A stretch of 64,000 nt of DNA, taken from NCBI GenBank assembly GCA_965112735.1, contig OZ218959.1, positions 3,100,001 through 3,164,000 on the forward strand. The letters run 5' to 3'. The translations under genes and the position numbers were made by a program. Origin of the DNA: Phaeosaccion multiseriatum (taxonomy: Eukaryota; Protista; Ochrophyta, other classes). The notes under the pieces were generated by a model. That model searched no databases, was not told the origin of the DNA, and worked only from the letters and a program-made list of their open reading frames with translations. Each line of letters starts with the position of its first letter. Positions within the stretch are counted from its first letter, which is position 1. This document shows, in pieces, positions 35,930 through 46,600 of this stretch.

Positions 35930-36881
35930 TCGTGTACCCACTGCTTAATCTCCTCAAAGGCCCCATCGGAGATTTCCCACTTGTTCTCAGGTAACGATGA
36001 CCCATGAAACCTCCATCCCTAATGACCTGTGGACACGATTTTTCGTCCCATGAACACAGCACTTGCTCTGACCGGAGCCACTGGAGCATTGCGAGGCTCT
36101 TGGCGGACGCGACTGTGTGGTGGCAGACCCAGGTCTCCCAGCGCCACAGGTGGCGGGCATGGGTGTAGAGGAGCTGCAGTACCCCAAGGTTCCCCTTGAA
36201 AGCAGAAAACTCAACCCCACTGCCCCAATTTCCGTGCTCATTCTCTTCCAGCAAGGCTCACGCACGAGGATGATTGAGCAGACACTCCACCACGGGAATG
36301 TGGCCTCCCAGACACGCGACATTCCAGTTGTTGTAGACAAATTGAGCATTGCCTTCCTCCGAGAGGAGCCACTCTAGCATCGACACTTTCCCTTCCAACT
36401 TCTCCACAAATTACACCTCTCCTTCGCAGGACCATCTTTGGATCTCAGCCATTGGAGGATGCTCAGGCCATGCTGCGCATTGCTTGTCGTTGCCTCACAC
36501 ACGCTTTTACTCCAGGGGCAGCCCTTGCCATGGAGGGCCTGGCACATCTGGGCATTGGCATACCTAGCAGCTGTCTCAAAAGTCTCAACACTCAGCGCAC
36601 ACCCGAAGCGCTTCGCACTCCACCACGCTCCTCTTAGATGTGCTCTTGGCGGATGTGCACGTCTGTTGTGGTCCATCCACTCCTTGCTCACCGTCGCGAG
36701 AAAGGCGTCCTGACCTTCGCCAACACGATAACCATGACTCTGCTGAGTACCTCACCTTGCGCCAATGCGTTTTCACAGGCCTTGAAGGGGGGCACGGCAC
36801 CACAGAAGCATGGATCCTTCGGCCCCTGCCCCGCTTTGTCCCATCTGTGCTGCTGCGGCTACTGCTCCCTCCCCCCTCCAT
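35930..36881 (-). pseudogene. Degenerate ankyrin-like (CPW-type) repeat gene, possibly with an N-terminal F-box-like segment
   Basis: Fragments AARYANAQMCQALHGKGCPWSKSVC..LSILQWLRS and GNLGVLQLLY..LAMLQWLRSEQVLCSWDEKSC lie in separate ORFs broken by stops or frameshifts; SKEW motif near the start. Confidence 0.6.
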
Positions 36882-37332
36882 CTTCGTTCCCTTCTCTCAA
36901 ACCGTCTTCATTTCCTTCCTGTAAACCCCTCTCCCCCCCTTTCTTCTTTTTTGTTTTTGTTTTCCGACTTCCCTAGTTTCCAGTGTTCTACACGAATTTC
37001 AGCTCGTTAGATCCCCCCTTTCTCTCTCTCCTCTCCCACACAGTTGTGCTGTGTGTAGTCAAGAGCAGTAGAGAGGAGCATCTATAGCAACACGAAGCCG
37101 GGGGAGTCTCCTCCCTCTCTTTCTCCATCCGAGTTCCGCTTTTTTATAGTAACGGACGCATTGGGATCGATAAACAGTAACGGGCTGCATCCCGGCATCG
37201 AGGGAAGAGTGGACGAGTATTGCTCCTTGCCACAGCAGTTGGGGCCAAACCACGGGTAGCCTCCGTCACGACACAGGGACTGCAAGAAGAGACAAGGGGT
37301 AGAGGAGCGTCGATGGGGAGGGAGAAGCCTCG

Positions 37333-38954
37333 ATGATGCGCAGGAGGAAAAGGCGGCGGGGCCTTCTACACTCCTTGGCGGACAGGCAGTCCACCGGGCT
37401 AGGGCGAGAGGTTGTGGCGAGGGGGGAGGAGCGATCGACCACCCACCACGAGGCAGAATACCTCGAGCTTCCTCCTTCCGACCTTACTCGTTCCACGCTT
37501 GCCATCGACTTCAGCCCCAACGGCGGGAACTACCTTGCGTCCACTCACGGCGATCATACTGTCAAGATCTCACAGTTCTCGACCCGCAGAGTGGTGTGCT
37601 GCTTAGAGGGCCACCCCCGTACGCCATGGACCGTCAAATTCCACCCCCGCGATCCCAGGTGTGTCTGCCAGAGCCCACGTGCTCCAGAACATGGCAAAGG
37701 GCAAAGAGGAACTGCCGACTCGGAGGCAGGGCAGGATAGAGATCCCAAGTCAGGGGGGGAGGGCTACAAAGAAGAAAGAGGAGCACAACCACTGCCGTAC
37801 ACCCTTCTTGACCACGCTTCCGCCGCTCCTCCTCTCCTCCTCCTCCTCCTCCTCCTCCTCCTCCTCCTGCTACTGCTGCTGCGCAGGATCGTGGCATCTG
37901 GTTGCCTTGGAGGATACGTCAAGGTGTGGAACACGGCGACCGGAGCCTGTTTGTGCTCTTCCGTGCTCGCCTTTGCCATCATCAGCCTGAGCTTCCACTG
38001 CTCGGGCGACGTGATTGCCATTGCTTGTGGTCGGGGCCTGTACTTGTGGGATTATAACAACAAGCCTGCTCCAATACGCATCTGGAAGCATGTCTACGCG
38101 CTGAGGTGTGTGTGCTTCACCCCAGATGGCAAGGGGCTCATCCTAGGGGCTGCGAATGAGAGCCAGGAGGTGCAGCAGCAGCGGCAGCAGCAGCAGCAGC
38201 AGCAGCAATGGCGCCAGCAATGGCGGCAGCAGTGGCAGCAGCACGAGGGGGGGGGGCAGCAGCAGCAGCAGCCAGTGAGCGGACCATCTCCTTATCCAGC
38301 CAGCGCTGGGGCTTCTGCCGCAATGTTTGGAGGTGCCCCAGCCTCCTTCCTCCCTCAAGTGCTCTCCTCCGCCCCCCCCCCTGTCAGGGTAACTCCGACC
38401 TTCAAGCTCATTTTTTGGAATTTCTGTATTAAAGCCGCTAGACAAGTCCTGGGGGTGGACCTCGAGGAGGAGGAAGAAAGCGAAGACGAGGAAGAAGACG
38501 AGGATGAAGAGGAGGACGAGGACGAGGAGGAGGAGGAGGAGGATGAGGATGAGGAGGACATGGAGGGAGGGGTGGGGGAGAGGGGAGTTGGGCTAGGAGC
38601 AGACGGCGAGGAAGGTAATCCGAGTGGCGAGGAAGCCGTTGCCGCAGCAGTAGCGGCAGCGGCAGCAGCAACAGCAGCAGCAACAGCATCATCATCATCA
38701 TCATCATCCTCGGCGGCGGCATCAGCCGTATCAGCAGCAGCAGCCGCAACAGCAACAGCGACATCCATACGCAATGTATTATCAGCAGCAAGGAGAGGGG
38801 GAGGAGGCGGAGGCGGAGGCGGGGAGGCTGCGGTACACTCCAGCCCCACCTTGGGAGCCTTGGGAGCTTTTGGAGGTCGAAGCTCAATGCCGGCGTCCAT
38901 GCCGGGCGCTGGAGCGGCGGCTGAAAGGGTCCTCACCAACGTACGTAGCGCTAC

Positions 38955-39000
<46 letters not shown>

Positions 39001-42000
39001 GTTTCTCTCGCTCTCTCTGTGTGTGTGCGTATGTGTGTTTGTGAGTGTGGGTGGCTGGGTTGGCACTAGAGGTGTCGGTATAGGGCCTCTCCGCAGCTTG
39101 CGGCTGAATGAGTGCTTGACTTTACTTCGCTTTGCTTGTCCGCCTGTCCCAAGTCTGTACCCTTTCCCTTGTTGGAGTACGGCAGTCGTCATCTGTGCTC
39201 CAGAAGTGATGCTCGCTCTCAATCAAGATTGCGATCGTGCTCTCAGTCCCTGATGGGACCCCTACCCATATTCCTCTTTATTGCGTGTCTCCGTGACTCT
39301 CTCTCTCACTCACTCACTCTCTCCTTGTCTCTATACACGTCTCTCTTCTCCTGAACTTTCCCATGTGCCTCTCCTCTGCGCTCGTAGGCTCGAGTGTTGC
39401 TGGATCGTGCTCTGCTGTACAACGACGGAGGAATGGACATTTCTCTCTGCGGCCGTTTCCTCTACGCCTGTGCAGAGCTGAAACTCCCGCTCGGCTTGTT
39501 TGATCTGCGACAGAGCCGCCTTCACAGTGCAATCCGCCGTAAGCGCCAGAGGCAGGAGCAGCGGCACTGCGGGTGGGGGACGCCGCAGGATGGCAGTCGA
39601 TGGAGTAGAGGGAAGGATGGCAGTCGATGGAGTAGAGGGAAGGATGATGGCAGTGGAGGGCATGTGTGGGGCGGCGCAGTCGAGGTGGAGCAGCAGGAGA
39701 AGGAGGAGGAGGGGAAGGAGACAGGCAGGCCTTCGGCTTCGGGGGCTCCGTGGACACCCGAGGCGGTGGCTTGGCCTCAGTCGGAGCCGCGGACAGAGAC
39801 AGGGCCGGGGACAGAATCGACCTACACCCGACCCTCGGATGGGGGCTACAGACAGGAGGAGGCGGAGTACACACGCGAAGGGGCGGCGCTGGGCCATGGA
39901 GGAATGGGCGATGGAGGTGTCGGGGGCAGGCAGACGGGCCCCAGCACTGGCACTCATGCTGGCTCAAGCACTGGCACTGACACTGGGGCTGGGGCTAGGG
40001 CTGGGGCTGGTGGCTTTGCTACTCCCATTCGGCCTTCTCATCCTCCTCCTCCTTCTCCTCCTCGTTCTACTACTACTACTGCTGGTGGTGGTCGAGGTGG
40101 TGATGGTGGCGATGGTGGTGGGGGTGGTGGTGGAGGTGGTGGTGGAGGTGGTGGTGGTCGATGTGGTGGTGGAGGTGGTGGAGCGTCCTCGAGAGGTGGC
40201 GCTGGACTCGTGCTCCGGAAGGGGCATGGTGTGAAGCGGAAGCTCCCTACCTGGGGCGCCGGCCGAGCAGGTGAGAGAGAGAGAGAGAGAGTTGTCCCGA
40301 AGCTCTATCCCGAGCTGTCGCCCTAACTCACGCACACGCGTATGCGTCAGGCTTCAGCTGTGCTAGACCCTACCCATCAAGCACCGTGCTCCGCCCTAAG
40401 ATGGGGATGGGCCTATGCTATACCTTGGTCTGCTCTGCCTCTGCCTCTGTCTTGCCTGCAGCCCCTCCCTCCTTCGACTCCCTCTGCACTCGTTGTCGCA
40501 GGCAGAGCATTGCTTTGCCCCGCCACAGAGAGGGAGACTCGCGGAGTCGGTGGTGTGTTGTGTGTTTTGTGGTGTGGTGTCGCCTCCTTTCTCACCACAA
40601 CCCCTCTCTTCCCGGTGCCTTTTTCTCTCCTCCCTTGTGCCCTTGGTTGGTCATCGACATATCCCCAATTGTCTCTCTTCTTCTCCCCTCTCCCCTCTCG
40701 CTCTCTCTCTCTCTCTCTCCCATTGGTTCTCTTCCTTCCCCCTCTCGCGCTCTCTCTCTCTCGCACAGGAGGTTGTGGTGCCTTTCGTGGGCATTTGTGG
40801 GGAGGAGCAGCGGCGGCGGCGGCAGCAGCAGCGAAGCGCCAACGGAGTGCTTTCGAGAGGGAAAGAGCAGCAGCTGCAGCAGTACCACCACAGCCACCAC
40901 CGCCGCCACCATCATCAACATCAGATTCGGTGGCATCGTCAGGAGTATCAGCAGCAGAAACAGCAGCAGCAGCAGCAGCAGCAACAGCAACATCTTCAGC
41001 AGCAGCAAAGGCTTTCGGGGGACATCGAAGCAGAGCAGCGGACGCTCAGAGGAGGATGGGGTACTGGGCAGCAAGGCAAGTCACAAATGGCGGCAACGAA
41101 GAAGATGACGAGGATGTCGAGGACACAAAGGAACGGCGGGGCGAAGAAGGCTACCACTATGTGCCTCATCTCCTCATGCTCCGTATATACCCCCCTTGGG
41201 CTGAGGAGCCCCCCTCCCCTTCCAAAGTGCAAGCGCACGGAGAGGAGAAGTCGCCCCCCTCCCCCTCCCCGGCTGTGGTAGTGGCAACTAGCCCCCTTGA
41301 CGCACAGGCTGTACCCACAGATGAGCCTGCCGCCGCTGGGGAGAGGGACGAGGAAGAGGAGCAGCAGCAGGAAGGGGAGGAGGAACAGGAGGAGGGGCTC
41401 GGAGGAGGCAGGCGGGGGGTGGGGCAGGGGCACTGGATGTCTGCCGAGGAGGATCTGGGCTTCGGCGGCTTCGTCGGCAGCAGCAGGGGCAATGGCAGGG
41501 GCGCCTCCTTCGGCCCAGCGGGAGCCTCTTCCCCTTCCTCCTCTGCGCCGCTGGGGGGTAGGGAGGCATCACACCCACGCCACGTGGGATCAGACCATCA
41601 ATGGAGAGCCAACAAGCGAAGGAGGCTGGAGGGGGCTCCTTTCCCCGGGCGGGACGAGTTCGAGCACGCGTCGGTTGTTCGGGCTGTGAGCTTTGCGCAC
41701 AGGGACCCCAAGGAAGTGACCTCCATCAAGCTCTCTGCCACCTCCGCTTTCGTCCTCCTCGGCTGTGGAGTCACAGAGGCGGCGCCGCCTCGCCAGGGGG
41801 GAGGGGGGCCGGGGCAAGGGCCAGGCAGGTGGCAGGGTGGCGGTGGTGGTGGTGGTGGTGGTGGTGGTGGTGGTGGTGGTGGTGGTGGTGGTAGCGGCAG
41901 CGGCGGGGCTAGGGAAGAGTCCTGGAACGGCTCCGGCTCGGCAACGACGATTTACCGCATGAGGGGAGACACCATGGACTTTGTGGTGAGTGTGTTGGTG

Positions 42001-42478
42001 ATACAGAGGGAGTGAGTGAGGAAGGGAGGGAGGGAGGGAGGGAGTGAGGGAGTGATGAGCGCGTGTGTGTCTGGCAGTGTAGGAAGGAGCATGTGTCTTT
42101 TGTCTTTTGCTCTTGTTTGCGGGCAGGTGCAACGTCACGCCTGTCGTCGGACACACCCCACCCACCCTCACTCTTTCTCATCCCCCCTGCTCCGCCCACA
42201 CATAAACACGCACGCGCACACGTACACACACGCACACACACGCACCTACATACACACACGCACACACGCATGCACGCACACACACACACGCGCGCACACA
42301 CACACATCGACCTCGCCCGCCCTCCCCCTCAACACAACAGGCCCAAATCGCTACGGAGGAGGACGACGTCAACATTGCCCGCTTCCACCCCGAGCCCGCC
42401 GTCGGATTCGTGTATGGCACCAACAAGGGCAGGCTGCGAGTCATCAGCGGCGGCGGGGGAGGCGGAACGGACCGCTGA
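37333..42478 (+). CDS. AMBRA1: AMBRA1-like split WD40 protein (~1205 aa); exons 37333-37658, 37887-38940, 39388-40270, 40769-41985, 42341-42478
   Basis: STLAIDFSP..LASTHGDHTVKI..LEGHPRTPWTVKFHP..VASGCLGG, LYNDGGMDIS, and C-terminal VNIARFHP..GFVYGTNKGRL. Confidence 0.8.
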
Positions 42479-43159
42479 CCCTGACCGCTGACCCTGACCC
42501 TGACCCTGACCGCTGACCCTGACCCTGACCTTGGTGCTGCCGCGGCCTCCCCGCGGCCGCTGTCTCATGAAGCGGGTCGGGAGGGCGTTCGTCTCACATG
42601 GGCCAGCTCAGCTGCTGCTCAGCTCAGCTCAGCTCAGCTCAGCTCAGCTCAGCGGGGTTGAGCTGTAAGGCTAATCTATCTGGGCTGAGAGAGAGAGAGA
42701 GAGAGGGGGGGGGGGGTTGGGGGTCTGGTCCGGAGCGTGGGGCTTGACATCGACGCGCGCCTCCTCTCCAAGCCGACTCGGAAACACCCTTCATCCCTTT
42801 TTCCGAGACTGACGTACATCCCCTAGCTAGAAGCCTTTCCATCTACCTGTCTATGTCGATGTAGCGGGTGTCTGTCAAGGCCGTGGATTCAATAGATGGC
42901 ACCCAAGTAAGTTATGTCCTGCGCTCGGCCCGCATGCCTGCATGCTGCTGGTGAGAGCCAGATCCACTCGAAGGCAGCAGAAGGTTTCAAACAAGTATAT
43001 CGATAATTCTAATATACTACCCAAGTATAATATGTATGGTGTGTATGTATACAATTTCGATCGTCCCGCTCTGACGCGAACTACAACTGCCTTGCTATTC
43101 TTGCTGCACCGAAAGATGGCAACTAACGGCCATTCTTTAGAGCCTGGTGAGGTGGCAAG

Positions 43160-43574
43160 TCAACGGGCGTGCAAGGGGGACGAAGGCGGCGTGACGAGAT
43201 CCACCACCTCTGTCTCCTTGCTCTCAGGCTGCAGCGCCACAGCAGTTGGTGATACAGCAGCAGCAACAGGAGCAGAGGCCTCAGCAGCAGAAGACGGAGA
43301 CGGCAAAGAATCCTCCCGTGGTGCGTACCCGTTGCCATACCTCTGCTCGTACTCTGGGCCTTGCTGTTGCTGCTGTTGATGCTCTTGCTGCTGCTGCTGT
43401 TGATGCTCTTGCTGCTGCTGTTCATGCTCTTGCTGCTGCTGTTCATGCTCTTGCTGCTGCTGCTCTTGCTGCTGCTGCTGCGGCTGCTGTTGCTGCTGAT
43501 GTTGATGCTCTTGCTGCTGCTGCTGCTGCTGCTGTTGATGCTCTTGCTGCTGCTGCTGTTCATGCTCTTGCTGT

Positions 43575-43617
<43 letters not shown>

Positions 43618-46600
43618 CATGCTGCTGTTCATGCTGTTGCTGCTGTTGATGCTCTTGCTGCTGCTGCTGTTGATGCTCTTGCTGCTGCTCATGCTGCTGC
43701 TGCTGCTGCTGCTCATGCTGCTGCTGCTGCTGCTGATGTTGATGCTCTTGCTGCTGCTGCTGCTGTTGATGCTCTTGCTGCTGCTCTTGCTGCTGCTGCT
43801 GCTGCTGATGATCTGGTTGGTGCTGCTCTTCTCTCCTCTGCTCTTCTCTCCCTTGCACATGTCTACCACCCTGCTCACCCTGCCCAGCCGCGCCTCCTCC
43901 CTCGCCGCCCAGCGCCCCTCCCTCTCTTCTCTCCGGACTCATCGAATGGCCCACCGACGGCTCCTCCACAGCGGCTGCGGCTGCTCCTACTCCTGCTGCG
44001 CCCACTGCAGTGGAGCTCCCAAAAGCATCCATCGGTTGCTCTCTCATGGCTGCAGCGACAGCAGTAGCAGCAACAAGGGCAGCGGCGTCGGCATCGACAT
44101 TGGTGTGGCCATTCAGACGATTGTGAGCAGCGCCATCGCCCTCTCCTCCTCCCTCGCCCTGCTCGTGTTGGTACTCTCTCAAGTCTGCGTGGGCACTCAC
44201 GCTCCCCTCCTCTCCTCCTTTTGTCGGCGGTGCAGTGAGATGATGAAGCCTAGCGGTGGACAGAGCTCCTTCCTCCCCCCCACCGGCCTCTCCACGAGGG
44301 GCAGAAGGAGGGGTACAAACAGACCCTGCCAGGGCGTCTTGCCCTTGTGCAGTGACGCCGAGGAGGGGTGGCCCTCCTGCCATCACCCTCTCCCCTCCTG
44401 TTGGCTGCCATCCATTAGTCATCACCCTCTCCCCTCCTGTTGGCTGCCATCCATTAGTCATCACTCCTGTTGGCTGCCATCCATTAGTCATCACTCCTGT
44501 TGGCTGCCATCCATTCGTCATCACTCCTGTTGGCTGCCATCCATTCGTCATCACTCCTGTTGGCTGCCATCCATTAGTCATCACCCTCTCCCCTCCTATT
44601 GACTGCCATCCATTAGTCATCACTCCTGTTGGCTGCCATCCATTAGTCATCACCCCTGTTGGCTGCCATCCATTAGTCATCACCCCCTCCCCTCCTGTTG
44701 ACTGCCATCCATTAGTCATCACCCTCTCCCCTCCTGTTGACTGCCATCCATTAGTCATCACCCTCTCCCCTCCTGTTGACTGCCATCCATTAGTCATCAC
44801 CCTCTCCCCTCCTGTTGGCTGCAATCCATTAGTCATCACTCCTGTTGGCTGCAATCCATTAGTCATCACCCTCTCCCCTCCTGTTGGCTGCAATCCGTTA
44901 GTCATCACCCTCTCCCCTCCTGTTGACTGCCATCCACGATGCTGCCCTACGTGAGTCTGCGCTGCTGCGGGCGCGTGGATGGGCGCGTCGGTGGGCGCGT
45001 CGGTGGGCGCGTACGTGGGTGCGTGCGTGCCATACTTGGCCACTGCTGCCTCCACCGCTGCCGTGTCCGCCCCCGGAAAGGCCCTTCCAAAGAGGCTCTG
45101 AGCGGGTAGAAGGCAGTCCACGGCGGCCGCTTGCACATGGCGCACGAGCAGCGGGCCCGCCTCGTCGTTTGCTTGGGCGGATGCGGTGCTGAGTTCCCCT
45201 GCAGAGCTATGAAGGGCCTTGTCCTCATCCTCGATTTCCTGAGGGGAAGAGAAGGGGGCGTGTGTGAGTGCGTGAGTGCGTGTCAGAGTGGTGAGACAGA
45301 ATGGACGGACAGGTTGGGGGGGAAGAAGGGGGGGGGAGGAGAGGGAGAGAAAGGGAGAGAAAGGGAGAGTGACAGAGACAGAGTCAGACAGACAGAGAGA
45401 GAGAGAGAGAGAGAGAGGAGAGGGTTGGTGAGGCGAGTCAAACAGAGAGAGAGAGAGAGAGAGAGAGGAGAGGGTTGGTGAGGCGAGTCAAACAGAGAGA
45501 GAGAGAGAGAGGAGAGGGTTGGTGAGGCGAGTCAAACAGAGAGAGAGAGAGAGGAGAGGGTTGGTGAGGCGAGTCAAACAGAGAGAGAGAGAGAGGAGAG
45601 GGTTGGTGAGGCGAGTCAAACAGAGAGAGAGAGAGAGGAGAGGGTTGGTGAGGCGAGTCAGACAGAGAGAGAGAGAGGAGAGGGTTGGTGAGGCGAGTGG
45701 CAGGTAAGAGTGGCAGGGAGAGACGGACAGACAGACACAGAGAGAAAGAAAGAGAATGCGATAGAGAGAGAGAGACAGAGAGAGAAAGAAAGAGAAGGCG
45801 ATAGAGAGAGAGACACAGAGAGAAAGAAAGAGAAGGCGATAGAGAGAGAGAGACAGAGACAGAGAGAGAGGGAAAAAGAGACAGAGAGAGAGAAAGAGAC
45901 AGAGAGAGAAAGAGACAGAGAGAGAAAGAGAGAGAGAGAAAGACACACAGAGAGAGAAAGAGACAGAGAGAGAAAGAGAGAGACAGAGAGAGAGAGGGAG
46001 AAAGAGACAGAGAGAGAGAAAGAGAGAGAGAGAGAAAGATATGTTTAAATCAATCAATCGTACCTGCTCGGCGCCCTGCTTCTCCTCGAGCGTTAGCGAG
46101 TCAATATCTTCTTCGAACATCTTGGTGTTCGAGAAGTGTCCGGACATGCACAGGGGCTGCGCGACAAGGAGGTGCTGTAGGATGTCATCCTGGGGGGTGA
46201 GGTGGGGCAGAGAGAGAGAGAGAGGCAGAGAGAGGCATATGGGTGGGGATCGACACGGAGAGGTAGACAGGTAGCGAGGAGAAGAGCGCAGCAGAGCAGA
46301 GAGGACGACGGGGATGAGTAGAGGTGTATGGGCAGTGATGAACAGGATGAGTAGAGGTGTATGGGCAGTGATGAACAGGAGCCGAGAGGACGGACGCAAG
46401 GACGACAACATCCATCTTCTCCCAGCTCCAGCTTCCGAAGGCCCACACTCACTGCTTACCTCCGCCTTCCCTCTTTTCCCCGTGCGATTGAGCGCACTGC
46501 ACAGGACTCCCTCGGCCGTGTGACCCCCCCTGTATTGTTATAAGCCACCCGTCCGTCCCGTCCGCGTCCCATCCCAACACGGCAACAAGGCACACAGACA

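Noticed and set aside
29625-36900. Intact endogenous giant virus or Polinton
   Set aside because: No capsid, polymerase, packaging ATPase, integrase or long terminal repeats visible
3905-37886. Stop-free 3n introns (3905-4024, 4141-4311, 18539-18679, 37659-37886) as regulated intron retention
   Set aside because: Expected by chance in short GC-rich introns, and retention would interrupt conserved domains
42476-42484. Selenocysteine or readthrough at tandem TGA codons
   Set aside because: The TGA falls after the conserved AMBRA1 C-terminal motif, downstream TGAs come from a repeat, and no SECIS is recognisable
43246-44954. Long + strand poly-A/poly-L/VGCHP ORFs
   Set aside because: Antisense shadows of the SNF2 gene's repeat-rich last exon
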